This document shows positions 35,528 through 44,793 of a stretch of 55,864 bases of DNA, in pieces; position 1 is the first letter of the stretch, and each line of letters begins with the position of its first letter. Source of the DNA: a virus (lineage: Duplodnaviria; Caudoviricetes). A program made the position numbers and the translations under genes. The notes below the pieces were generated by a model that had not been told where the DNA came from, searched no databases, and worked only from the letters and a program-made list of their open reading frames with translations. The DNA is taken from positions 1 through 55,864 of IMG/VR virus record IMGVR_UViG_3300018063_000005. One strand, 5' to 3'.

Positions 35528-36085
35528 CTACTGCCGCGGCTTCTCCCGCAGCAGTTTCGACGCGAACTTCCCGAGCTCGCGGTGCAGCTCGGCCTGCTCA
35601 TCTGGCGTCAGGCCGAAGAACGGACGTCGGTCGTGGTTCGCCGCGGCCTTCACCGCGTTCGCGACCACCTTGCTCGAGCTCTTCGAGACGGAGCGGGTGA
35701 GCCGGCGTCGGCGCGTGATGCCGCCGACCCGCCTCTCCACCCACCTCGAGGACTTCTTGAACCTCGTCGCCGGCGCCGCGCCGACGAACCCCACGATCGC
35801 GAAGCTCGGCCCGCTCCGGACGACCTGCAGGCCGTTCAGCATCGCGCCCGACAGCGTGAGGTTCGGCGGGTCCACGCGCCGGCCGGCTGCCTTCCGCAGC
35901 GCGGCGTAGCCCTTCGTGTACGGCTTGAACCGGCCTTCGAGGCCGCGCCCCTGCTCCGTGCGCCGCTGGATGATGCCGATCGCCAGCAGCGCCGCGTGCC
36001 GTGCGAGCTGCTCGAGCTGCTCGCTCGCGAAGAGCGTCGTGTCCATCCGGAGCAGCGCTCCGGCGCCTGGTGCTCGTCGGGCCAT
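35528..36085 (-). CDS. virion morphogenesis protein (gpG/gp10-like)
   Basis: GRFKPYT..Y, NLTLSGAML, RRPFFGLT motifs. Confidence 0.7.
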   Translation of the reverse strand: MARRAPGAGALLRMDTTLFASEQLEQLARHAALLAIGIIQRRTEQGRGLEGRFKPYTKGYAALRKAAGRRVDPPNLTLSGAMLNGLQVVRSGPSFAIVGFVGAAPATRFKKSSRWVERRVGGITRRRRLTRSVSKSSSKVVANAVKAAANHDRRPFFGLTPDEQAELHRELGKFASKLLREKPRQ

Positions 36086-36113
36086 CGAGAGGAGCCTCCC
36101 GCGCGAGGGGCTG

Positions 36114-36995
36114 CTACCCCGCCGCGCGAGCTCGCGCGCGGACGATCTTGCCGCCGACGACCTTGCCGCGGTTCCTCGCCACCCATACCGCCTCGTTCCG
36201 GCCGAGCCGGATGCCCTTTACGATCGCGCGCGCCTCTCGGCCGCCGATGCGGTGCGCCGGCAGCGCGCGCGCGGCCGTCACGGAGATCGGCTCGAGCCGG
36301 TGCCTGCAGCCGTACCCGCCCAAGAACCTCGAGGTGGGCGCCAGGTCCTGGCCGTTGTCCTCCTCGTCGAGGTCGCTCGACGTGTAGACCTTGTGGACGT
36401 GGTCGGCGCAGAACGGCCTGGTCACCTCGTCGTCCGGCCCGCCGTATGTGAAGAGGTCGATGCCGCTCGCCTCGGCCTGCGAGACGAGCCCCTCCCGGAG
36501 GAAGGCGTGGAAGGAGGTAGCGACCTCCGTCACGATCCTGCCGAGCTTCGCCCGCGCGGCCTCCGCCACCGCCTGCAGCGCGTCCTCGCGCGGCCGGCCC
36601 GCCGCCACCATCGCGAAGAGGACCTCGCGCGCCCGCGCGCCGGCGAGCCCCTGCTGCACGATGAGCCCCCGGGCGACGCGGCTGACGAGCGGCCGCAGCC
36701 CGTCCAGCGAGACGCTCGTGAACGACGCCCCGAGCTCGGAGCGGAGGTCGCGCCGGACCTGCGCGGCGATCCACTCGAAGGACGTCAGCACGCGCTGGGA
36801 CGCGTCCTGGAAGCCGAGCCGCCCGAGCTGCTCGCCGAGCTCCTGCCCGATGGCGAGCGCGTGGGCCCGGTCGAGCGTGTCGTAGCGGTCGCCGACCTTC
36901 TCCCTCAGCCACCGCAGGAGGTTCGCGGCGGTGCGCTCGATGTCGCGCCGGAGCTGGTCAGCCGCGGCGTCGGCGAGGTCCTCGGCGCGGCTCAT
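36114..36995 (-). CDS. minor capsid protein (MuF/SPP1 gp7-like)
   Basis: GPDDEVTRPFC...GYGCRHRL motif; near portal. Confidence 0.8.
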   Translation of the reverse strand: MSRAEDLADAAADQLRRDIERTAANLLRWLREKVGDRYDTLDRAHALAIGQELGEQLGRLGFQDASQRVLTSFEWIAAQVRRDLRSELGASFTSVSLDGLRPLVSRVARGLIVQQGLAGARAREVLFAMVAAGRPREDALQAVAEAARAKLGRIVTEVATSFHAFLREGLVSQAEASGIDLFTYGGPDDEVTRPFCADHVHKVYTSSDLDEEDNGQDLAPTSRFLGGYGCRHRLEPISVTAARALPAHRIGGREARAIVKGIRLGRNEAVWVARNRGKVVGGKIVRARARAAG

Positions 36996-37426
36996 CGGAT
37001 CCCGCGCCGCTTCTTGTAGGCGGCCACCAGGTGCTTGCCGTCGTCGAGCTGGAAGTCGCTCGGCACGTACGACTTGCCGGTCACCCGGGTCGCGTGGTCG
37101 TACATCGCGGTGGCGACGCCCATCCGCCGCATGTCGTCGGCGACACGGACGGTGCCGCCCTTGATCTTGTCCTTCGCGACGCCCTCGGTGACGAACTCCG
37201 CGCGCGCCACCAGGCGGTCGCCTAAGTGCGCCTCCACGGTCGGGGTCCGGCCGACCATCTTGTACGTGAGAACGACCTTCCCCTTCGCCGTGACGTGCTC
37301 AGCGGTCGTGGGCGCGGTGGGCGTGCGCGGCAGCTTCTTCGCGAGCTTCTTCACCGCGCGCTTTCGGGCGCCGGCCTCCGTCCACTGCCCCTCCTCGTCG
37401 CGGGTCTGGCTGGGGTCGTAGGACAC
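36992..37426 (-). CDS. GNAT-like protein with N-terminal YDPSQTRDEEGQWT motif
   Basis: VRVADDMRRMGVATAMY acetyl-CoA-binding-like motif; AAGGAG RBS. Confidence 0.6.
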   Translation of the reverse strand: MSYDPSQTRDEEGQWTEAGARKRAVKKLAKKLPRTPTAPTTAEHVTAKGKVVLTYKMVGRTPTVEAHLGDRLVARAEFVTEGVAKDKIKGGTVRVADDMRRMGVATAMYDHATRVTGKSYVPSDFQLDDGKHLVAAYKKRRGIR

Positions 37427-37436
37427 GGGAGCTCCT

Positions 37437-37703
37437 TCACCTGGTCCGCGTCGCCGTCTCTTCCGTGAAGCGCGAGAGGAACGTGTGGCGGAGGACCTCG
37501 AGCCGGCCGATGAGCCGGACCTCGTCGAGGTTCGTGGTCGCGCCCGACATGCCCCACGTCATCCGGACGCTCGTGGCGTCGTCGGCGAACCACAGGAGCG
37601 ACTCGAGCTCGCCGGCCCGCGCGCGCTCGAGCAGCATCTCGAGGTCCCGGAGGATGGTCTGCTGGACCTCGGACTTGACCGTCTTCAGCTCGATGAGGGC
37701 CAT
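37437..37703 (-). CDS. hypothetical protein
   Basis: GGAG RBS; LEMLLERARAGEL pattern common in phage small proteins. Confidence 0.65.
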   Translation of the reverse strand: MALIELKTVKSEVQQTILRDLEMLLERARAGELESLLWFADDATSVRMTWGMSGATTNLDEVRLIGRLEVLRHTFLSRFTEETATRTR

Positions 37704-37709
37704 GGGCTG

Positions 37710-39323
37710 CTACTCCTCCCCCGCGGGCTTCGGCGGCTCGGGCGGCTCCGGAGGCTCGACGGGCGGCTTCTCGCCGGGGTCGAGCTGGTCGTCCTCGCCG
37801 CCGGGCGCGCCGGGCACCGCCGGGGCCTTCGGCTTCGTCCGCTCGTTCGTCTCCCGGTGCCGCTCGAGCAGCTTCTCGGCCTCGTCCTCGGTGATGCCCC
37901 GCCGCTTCGCCAGGATCGCGGGAAGGGTCGTGAGGTCCTTCTCCAGGTCCGCGAAATCGATGTCCTGCTCGACCTGCGGGGAGAACGGGATCCGAAGGTC
38001 CCCGGGCTCCCACGTGATGCGCGCGGCCTTGGGCAGCTGCTTCAGCGTAGGCGCGTGGTGGTTCACCACGATCCGGAGGAGCTCGAAGAGCCGTTCCACC
38101 GGCGCGCGGTAGCGTTCCACCTGGTCCTCGCGGGCCTCGAGTTGCGGCTCCCGCTCCACCACCAGCGCCTCGGCCGAGGCCACCGTCCTCGAGTCCGCGA
38201 GCACCGTGCCGGCGGGCACGTCCCAGAGCGTCGTCACGCGGCGCGCGTCCGCCGTCACGATCGCCTCGAGCGCGTCCAACTGCGGGTTCGTCGACAGGAC
38301 GCCCGCCTCCTCGCCGCGGTTCAGGTAGACGGCCTTGTCCGGGCCGAAGTGGAGCTCGGCCTTCGGCGCCGCCTCTCCCCCCGCCGAGGTCGTCCGGCTG
38401 ATGTACGTCTGCCCGAACCCCTGTAACCGGGCGATGTGGTGCTCGTCGGTCAGCGTGACGTTGATCGAGCGGTTCGAGCGGACGAGGTCGCCGTTCGCCG
38501 CCGTGAAGAAGCCGAGCTCGAGCTCCTCCGAGTGAAAGGCGACGAGCGGCACGACGGGCTTCCCGTCCGCGGCGCGGTAGGGGTTCTCGCCGTTCATGCT
38601 CGCGACGGTGACGAGCTCGCCCGAGCCGTCGATCACGTAGTGCTCGGGGCGCGCCTCGGCCGCGCTCCAGTACTCGAAGCGCTTCTCCTCGAGCTTCCGC
38701 GACGAGCTCGCCACGCCGGCCGGGCCCGCCACCTCGAGGAGGATCCCCTTCGCCTTGTCGAGGTCGGTCGGGTGGTCCGGGTCGAAGTCCACGTGCACGA
38801 ACTGCGGAGGGAAGATCGTGAGCGTCGCTGCCTGCGCGCGCTCGTCGTAGCCGACCGCGACGACCACCGTGTTGAGCGCCTCGGTCCAGCGGTTCACCGT
38901 GCGCAGCCGCCGCTTGAAGTCGGCCACCTTCTGCAGCTCGGCCCAGCGCCGCGCCTCGGCCGAGTCGGCGGGGTAGGGATCCCCGATCTCGCCCGTCGTT
39001 TCCTGCGCGCGCCGGATGGTGAACCTGGAATCCTTCCCGAAGAGCTTCGATCGCGCGTCCACGACTTTCCGCATGATGCGGACGGTGTGCGGGACCATCT
39101 GCCCGTACGACAGCGGGAACGCGATCCGCAGGTGCGCGACGAGGTCCTGCTCCTGGTCGCCCAGGTAGTAGGCGAGCCGGACGTTCATCTCCTCGTCGAA
39201 GCCGGCCGGCTTCCACTTCGCCGCGCGAGCCAGGAACTCTTTCAGCTCGACATCGTGCTTCCCGCGCATCGCCTGGGCGAGCAGCTCGGAGACGCGGCGG
39301 AGCGGGTTCAGCATCGGTGGCAC
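37710..39323 (-). CDS. portal protein (SPP1-like)
   Basis: follows terminase; YYLGDQ, NPY...VPLV, ASAEAL motifs. Confidence 0.85.
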   Translation of the reverse strand: MPPMLNPLRRVSELLAQAMRGKHDVELKEFLARAAKWKPAGFDEEMNVRLAYYLGDQEQDLVAHLRIAFPLSYGQMVPHTVRIMRKVVDARSKLFGKDSRFTIRRAQETTGEIGDPYPADSAEARRWAELQKVADFKRRLRTVNRWTEALNTVVVAVGYDERAQAATLTIFPPQFVHVDFDPDHPTDLDKAKGILLEVAGPAGVASSSRKLEEKRFEYWSAAEARPEHYVIDGSGELVTVASMNGENPYRAADGKPVVPLVAFHSEELELGFFTAANGDLVRSNRSINVTLTDEHHIARLQGFGQTYISRTTSAGGEAAPKAELHFGPDKAVYLNRGEEAGVLSTNPQLDALEAIVTADARRVTTLWDVPAGTVLADSRTVASAEALVVEREPQLEAREDQVERYRAPVERLFELLRIVVNHHAPTLKQLPKAARITWEPGDLRIPFSPQVEQDIDFADLEKDLTTLPAILAKRRGITEDEAEKLLERHRETNERTKPKAPAVPGAPGGEDDQLDPGEKPPVEPPEPPEPPKPAGEE

Positions 39324-39326
39324 CTC

Positions 39327-40694
39327 TCAGCGGATCCGCACGTACCGCGGGCCGGACAGACCGCGCTGCTCGACGAGGTTGATCACCAGGTAGCGCACGC
39401 AGTCACATGCATGATCCGTCGTGCCGTCTTTGATCGGAACATCCGAGACCGGCCGGCCCTGCCTCGCCTCGGGATACGCGTACGACTCCATCGATCGCAC
39501 GATGCCGCGCGGGCCCCACTCGTCCTCGGCGAGGTCCTTCGCGACGAAGAGCCGGGTCTCGTCGAGCGTGTTGAGCAGCATCCCGTCGACCAGGTCGACG
39601 CCGTTCGGGATGTGCGTGAGCTCGTCGTCCGTCGTGAAGTTGACGGGGCGGAGCCCGTGGTTCTCGAGCACGTGGACGTCGGAGATCCCGGCCGACGTCG
39701 TCGCGTTGCCGGCCGGGTCGCAGAACCACTGCGCGACCTTGATCTTCTTCTGCTCGAGGTCCTCGCGGACGTGGTCGGCGAGCTGCGCCGTCGAGACCTG
39801 CGAGAGGTGGTACTGGCGGAAGCACACCCACGAGTTGTCCAGCGCCCTCTTCCCGTTCGAGAGCTTCCAGCCGAAGGGGATCTCCTGCCACAGCGTGACG
39901 GCCGGGCGCCGGCGGCCGAAGTCGATCACGCCCACCGTCTGGAAGCGCGCCTCGTACTTCCACGCGATCCCGTGCACCGTGTCCATGTCGAACGTCGGGT
40001 AGACCGCGTTCTCCGAGGAGCCCCACTGCCCCTCGATCAGGCTCTTCGCGAGCCTCTTCGAGTAGGTGCGCTCGAGCGAGGCGATGTACCCGGGCGCGAG
40101 GTGCGGCGCGTTCTCCCGCGTCGACATGTGGAACGCGCGCCGGCTGCCCTCGGCCTTCTTCCCCGCGAACTCGTCGTGGAGCCAACCCCAGCTCGGCGTC
40201 GTCGTCAGGACGCCCTGCAGCCGCTTCGCGGCGGAGAAACGGAGGCGGCCGACGATGATCTGCCAGGCCTCCTTCGAGTAGAGGCGCGCCTCGTCGCCCC
40301 AGATCCACGAGAGGTTCGCGCCCTCGAGTGAGCCCGGGTTGCCGGCCGAGCCGAGGAAGACCCTCGACCCGTTCACGAGCAAGATGTTCGGCGCCTTCGC
40401 GCCTCGCCGGTCTTCTGCGACGAGCTGCCCCGGGCACGCGCCTACCCAAGGCCTGTCCTTATCCACGAACGCGGGCAGCGTCACGCGGTAGAGCAGGCCC
40501 CACGTCGGGGCGACGATCATCCCGTCCTGGCCCGCGTTCGCGGCCGCGAGGTCGAGGGCGATCTCGGCCCCGGTCGACGTCTTCCCCGAGCCGTACCCGC
40601 CAAGGAGCGCCACCCATTCGTCGCGCGCGTCCATTGCGCGCTGCTGGCTCGGCGTCGGGACGCGGTCGCTCGCCCTGACGATGACCCGGGCCAT
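39327..40694 (-). CDS. terL: terminase large subunit
   Basis: Walker A GGYGSGKT, Walker B WIWGDEA, TTTP, nuclease IDFG and DHACDCVRY. Confidence 0.95.
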   Translation of the reverse strand: MARVIVRASDRVPTPSQQRAMDARDEWVALLGGYGSGKTSTGAEIALDLAAANAGQDGMIVAPTWGLLYRVTLPAFVDKDRPWVGACPGQLVAEDRRGAKAPNILLVNGSRVFLGSAGNPGSLEGANLSWIWGDEARLYSKEAWQIIVGRLRFSAAKRLQGVLTTTPSWGWLHDEFAGKKAEGSRRAFHMSTRENAPHLAPGYIASLERTYSKRLAKSLIEGQWGSSENAVYPTFDMDTVHGIAWKYEARFQTVGVIDFGRRRPAVTLWQEIPFGWKLSNGKRALDNSWVCFRQYHLSQVSTAQLADHVREDLEQKKIKVAQWFCDPAGNATTSAGISDVHVLENHGLRPVNFTTDDELTHIPNGVDLVDGMLLNTLDETRLFVAKDLAEDEWGPRGIVRSMESYAYPEARQGRPVSDVPIKDGTTDHACDCVRYLVINLVEQRGLSGPRYVRIR

Positions 40695-40697
40695 CCG

Positions 40698-41186
40698 CTA
40701 CGCCTCCTTCTGCGGCGGCGCCGGCTGGGCGGGCATGGCGGTGAGCGCCGCGGGCGGCGGCACGTCGGGGTTGCGGTTCCGCTCGATGACGATGTCGACC
40801 GCGCCCGCGCCGGCGAGGTCGTCGGTGGGCATGTAGCCCGTGCCCTCGATGCGGTGGAGGAGCTCCTCGACGCGGAGCATGGCGCGGAAGTGCGGGCCGC
40901 CCTTCTGCACGTCCGCCCTGGTGTAGAGCCTCATCAACCGCCGGATCTGCCGCTCACGCGCGGCGGGCCGGTCGCGGTGTCGCTCCGCCTTCCACCGCTC
41001 GTAGACCTTGGCGATGTACTCCGCGGCCTGCGAGGGCGAGATGCCCCAGCGCTTGCCGCACGTCCGCTGGATCGAGCTCGACGGCTCACCCGACGCGATC
41101 CACTTCTCGACCTGGTCAAGCCGCTGCTCGAGCTTCACGCCGCGGGTCTTCGGCCTCTTGGCCCCGCCCTTGTTGCCGCCTGCCAC
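40698..41186 (-). CDS. terS: terminase small subunit
   Basis: HTH-like basic protein directly upstream of terL. Confidence 0.65.
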   Translation of the reverse strand: MAGGNKGGAKRPKTRGVKLEQRLDQVEKWIASGEPSSSIQRTCGKRWGISPSQAAEYIAKVYERWKAERHRDRPAARERQIRRLMRLYTRADVQKGGPHFRAMLRVEELLHRIEGTGYMPTDDLAGAGAVDIVIERNRNPDVPPPAALTAMPAQPAPPQKEA

Positions 41187-41411
41187 GATGCGCGCCTCTC
41201 CCGCACCGCGGCGCGCCGCCCAGGGCGCGGCCTACCGCGGAGCCTCCGGGGCCCGCGAGACGGCGCAGCGTGATGAGGGAGCCCCGAGGGCCGGAACGAG
41301 GAGCGGCCCGCCAACCCCAGGGAGCAGGTCAGCGGGCCGCGAGGAGGACGACGACCAGCGTGCCGGCTTCTTCGCACGAGCCGGTGCGCGGTGGCAACCG
41401 CATTGAGTTCG

Positions 41412-41462
41412 ATTGTCGCCGAAACCTTCTGGAAACAACCGTGCATTGCCCTGCGCAATGCA
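41412..41462 (-). promoter_or_regulatory. putative late promoter with upstream palindrome
   Basis: AT-richer intergenic; TGCATTGC-N5-GCAATGCA at 41442-41462; -10-like GACAAT at 41417-41412. Confidence 0.45.
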
Positions 41463-41478
41463 GGTAGGGAATGATGCG

Positions 41479-41793
41479 CTACGGCGCGCGGATCCGGTCT
41501 CGGCCGGTCTCGCCGCTCAGGAAGATCCTCGATCCGTTCGCGAGCGGGAAGACCCGTGCCGGCGCGCGCGGGACGGGCGGCAGCAGGTCCACGAGCTCGA
41601 ACGAACGGCGTCGCTCGAGGGAGACGCGGATCGCCTCGACGGTGAGCGCGAGCGCATTGTCGGGCTCGGCGACGAGCAGGCAGGGCGGTCGGCCGGCGTG
41701 CAGGAAGAGGAGCTCCACGACCTCGCCTCGCGGGCGGCGCGCCAGCACGGAGGAGGGCTCACCGCAGACGCGGCAGCAGAAAGGCGTGCTCAC
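41479..41793 (-). CDS. hypothetical protein
   Basis: GTGA coupling; CxxC near N-terminus. Confidence 0.55.
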   Translation of the reverse strand: MSTPFCCRVCGEPSSVLARRPRGEVVELLFLHAGRPPCLLVAEPDNALALTVEAIRVSLERRRSFELVDLLPPVPRAPARVFPLANGSRIFLSGETGRDRIRAP

Positions 41794-42032
41794 GTCGCGG
41801 ACCTCTTGCTCTCCGACGAGAAGAGCTGGAACTGCTGCTGGGTCTGCTCGCGCATCCGCTCGATGTACGCGAGCACGGAGCTCTCCGGGATCCGCCACCC
41901 CTGGTCTCGATACGCGCCCGCGAACGTCCCGTCCCGACACCTCTGGAGGACCCAGTCCCTGTGATGGGCGAGCCGCCGCGCGACGGTGCGCGCGCTCAGC
42001 ATCTGCGGGACCGCGATCGGTGCGCTGCTCAT
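41790..42032 (-). CDS. HTH_17 / excisionase-MerR-like DNA-binding protein
   Basis: MLSARTVARRL...WRIPESSVLAYI. Confidence 0.75.
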   Translation of the reverse strand: MSSAPIAVPQMLSARTVARRLAHHRDWVLQRCRDGTFAGAYRDQGWRIPESSVLAYIERMREQTQQQFQLFSSESKRSAT

Positions 42033-42553
42033 TCGAGGAAGCCTCCTTCGGCGAGCCGCTCCCGGATGACCCGGTGCGCTCGCGACATGCGCCGCTTCAT
42101 CTGGTCCAGCGAGTACCGACCGCCGGCCCCTTCCTGGATCCACGCGTACGCGCGGCCGCGGCCGTGGTGCTCGAACAGCCAGCGGGCCACGAGCTCGCCG
42201 GCGCCGGCGTCGCGCGCCTCTGCGTCCTGGGCCGCGAGCTTCATCGCCCACGCGATCGCCGCGAACGCCCTGCGCTTCGGATCGTCGGCGCCGCGGTTCG
42301 GCGTCCCGTCGCCGCCCTCGAGGCCGCGCGCGAGCGGCAGCGCTTTCGGGCTCGCCCACGCCTCACGCGTCTGGAAGTACCAGGCGAGCGCGTGGCTCTC
42401 GTGGCGGAAGATGCGGACGCCGCTCGCGCGCCGCTTCATCCTCTCGAGCACGGCGGCGAGCAGCTCCTCCGCGTCGGCCTTCCGCTCCACCTCGAGCTCG
42501 CACCATCCCGCGTGCGGGGTCTCGCCGCACGTGCAGGGCTTCGGGAGCGTCAT
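42029..42553 (-). CDS. putative late-gene regulator (Q / sigma region-4-like C-terminus)
   Basis: C-terminal YSLDQMKRRMSRAHRVIRERL helix; upstream of terminase. Confidence 0.5.
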   Translation of the reverse strand: MTLPKPCTCGETPHAGWCELEVERKADAEELLAAVLERMKRRASGVRIFRHESHALAWYFQTREAWASPKALPLARGLEGGDGTPNRGADDPKRRAFAAIAWAMKLAAQDAEARDAGAGELVARWLFEHHGRGRAYAWIQEGAGGRYSLDQMKRRMSRAHRVIRERLAEGGFLE

Positions 42554-43044
42554 GGTGCGGGGAGCGCCTCCCCGCGCTCGAGGGCCCCGTGGATCCGGAT
42601 GGCGAGCTCCACCGCCCTGCACACCCGGGCGTCCGTCGGGACGTCGCCGAGGAAGAACCGCGCGAACGCGGCCGCGATGCCGCTCTCCTCGAGCCGCCAG
42701 AGCGCGCGGTCGATGGGCAGGTAGAGCACCACCCCGTCCCCGGCCGCGTAGGCGGCGGCGTGCCCCTCCTCGATGGAGACCACCGGGCGGCGCCAGGCGG
42801 CCCAGGCCGCGACGTCGAGGCGGGTCCAGAGCTCGAACCGCTCGCCGGCGAGCGCGAGCGCCCAGAGGCCGTCCTCGATGCGGACGACGAGCCCGGGCGG
42901 CACTGGGCGGTCGGAGTAGACCCGGAGCTCGTAGGTGCTCGAGACGGCGGCGGGGGGCGGCTCCGGCGGGGTCAACGCGGCGCGCGCGCGGGTGCCCGCG
43001 ACGGCGAGGGCGCCCAGGACGAGCGCCAGGAGAACGGCAACCAC
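42550..43044 (-). CDS. exported hypothetical protein
   Basis: MVAVLLALVLGALAVAGTRARA signal-like N-terminus. Confidence 0.55.
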   Translation of the reverse strand: MVAVLLALVLGALAVAGTRARAALTPPEPPPAAVSSTYELRVYSDRPVPPGLVVRIEDGLWALALAGERFELWTRLDVAAWAAWRRPVVSIEEGHAAAYAAGDGVVLYLPIDRALWRLEESGIAAAFARFFLGDVPTDARVCRAVELAIRIHGALERGEALPAP

Positions 43045-43156
43045 GGGTGCTCCCGGCCCGGAGCGGCGCGCGCGCGGCCCCTCACGGCGCGCCCGACCAG
43101 AACCGAGTCGGGCCGGATGCTATCACCAGGAACCGGCCGGAACCGAATGGAAGTCC

Positions 43157-44788
43157 TCAGAGACCGACGCTGACGACGTACCGGGCAAGCCCGGCGGCGA
43201 GCTCCGGGGCGTCCGCAGAGAGCGCCTCGGCTTCCCGCATAGCGCAGTCGCGCTGGCCGGTCGCGACGTAGGCGACGCCCAGGTTAAACCGGCCCTCGGG
43301 TAGAAGCGCGCTCGCGCGGAGCACCGCGATGGTCTCGTGGAACCGGCCGAGCTGGTTGAGCGCGCCGCCCAGGTCGCCGCGGGCCGCCGCGTGCATCGGG
43401 TCCGCCATGAGCGCTCGGGAGAAGTGCCCGACGGCCTCTTCATGACGGCTCGAGCGGAAGCACCACCGCCCGAGCTCGTTGTGCGCCCCCGCGTGCCCGG
43501 GCGCCAGCCCGACCGCCTCGAGGAGGTACGCCTCGCCCCGGCCGTCGCCGGCGTCGAGCAGCCCCTTGCCGAGCCCGAAGCAGATCGAGGGGTCCGCGCC
43601 CTGCGTCTCGCGCGCTCGCGCGAACAGCGTGACCGTGTCGCGCCACGTCTCGACCTGGAGCGTCGTGAGGACGGCGCACGCGGCGACGGCGGCCGCGCCG
43701 ACGACGAGCTGCAGGCGCGCGGGAACCCGGCGCGCGAGCTCGGCGCCGCCCCAGACCACCGCGACGAGGAGCCCCAGGACGGCGACGTAGGCGTGCCGGT
43801 CCGCCACGGCCGCCCACTGGCCGGCCTGCGTGATCCCGAGCGTCGGGACGAGGGCCGCGAGGAACCACATCCACCCGGCCAGCGCGTAGGGCGCCCGCGC
43901 GCGTAAGCGGACGACCGCGACCGTCACGCCGGCGAGCCCTACAGCCGCGGCGATGGGCAACCAGAGGGGCAGGGCGAGGGGGTACGGGTAGAAGACGGCA
44001 AGCTCGAGCGGCCACGCGACGTGCAGGATCTGCCGCCAGGGCACGAGCGCGGCGTTGCCGAGCCGCAGCGCAAGGGCCGGCAGCTCGCCTCGCGGCAGCC
44101 CGCGCAGCGCCGCCATGATGACCGCGGCCACCCCGACGCTGAGCAGCGCGACCGGGATCTTCTCGAGGAGGAGCGCCCACGTCCACCGGCGCTGCAGCGG
44201 CCACACGTCGAGCGCGAGCAGCAACGCGGGGAGGGGGAGAAGGATCGGCTTCGCCGCGAGGGACACCGCGGCCGCGGCGAGCATGGCCGCGTACGCCCAG
44301 CGCGAGCGGGTCCGCGCGAACCGCAGGTACAGCCCGACCGCGAGCAACCCGAAGAACGCCGCGAGCACGTTCTTTCGCTCCACCGCCCAGGCGACCGACT
44401 CGACGTTGAGCGGATGGACGGCGAAGAGGAGCGCCACGAGCGCCGAGCGGCCGCGCGCGCCCGTCGCCGCCCGGAGCCCGAGGAACACGAGGAGCGCCGA
44501 CGCGACGTGCCACGCCAGGTTCTCGAGGTGGAACGCCACCGGGTCGAAGCCGAAGACCGCGTGCGTGACGGCGAGCGAGACGACGGTGATGGGCTGCCAG
44601 TAGACGCCGTCGCGCGAGAGCTCGAGCGCGCCCTCGAGCGTGCTGAGGCCGAGCGGCGCGCCGACGACGGCGTCCGCGACGACGTGCGCCTGGTCGTCGA
44701 AGTCGACGAACGCGTTGTGGCGCAGGGGAGCATAGGCCCCGAGCGCGAGCCCGGCGATGAGCAGGTAGATCCAGAGGTCCCTATGCAT
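43157..44788 (-). CDS. TMTC-like GT-C protein O-glycosyltransferase with C-terminal TPRs
   Basis: FVDFDD acidic loop, YWQP, FHLENLAWH, LFAVHPLNVESVAWAVERKNVL, ADRHAY, WRDTVTLF, many TM helices, TPR repeats. Confidence 0.9.
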   Translation of the reverse strand: MHRDLWIYLLIAGLALGAYAPLRHNAFVDFDDQAHVVADAVVGAPLGLSTLEGALELSRDGVYWQPITVVSLAVTHAVFGFDPVAFHLENLAWHVASALLVFLGLRAATGARGRSALVALLFAVHPLNVESVAWAVERKNVLAAFFGLLAVGLYLRFARTRSRWAYAAMLAAAAVSLAAKPILLPLPALLLALDVWPLQRRWTWALLLEKIPVALLSVGVAAVIMAALRGLPRGELPALALRLGNAALVPWRQILHVAWPLELAVFYPYPLALPLWLPIAAAVGLAGVTVAVVRLRARAPYALAGWMWFLAALVPTLGITQAGQWAAVADRHAYVAVLGLLVAVVWGGAELARRVPARLQLVVGAAAVAACAVLTTLQVETWRDTVTLFARARETQGADPSICFGLGKGLLDAGDGRGEAYLLEAVGLAPGHAGAHNELGRWCFRSSRHEEAVGHFSRALMADPMHAAARGDLGGALNQLGRFHETIAVLRASALLPEGRFNLGVAYVATGQRDCAMREAEALSADAPELAAGLARYVVSVGL

Positions 44789-44793
44789 CCGGT

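Noticed and set aside
41268-41305. Hammerhead ribozyme core near TGATGAG
   Set aside because: Lacks the CUGAUGA cytosine and the GAAA element
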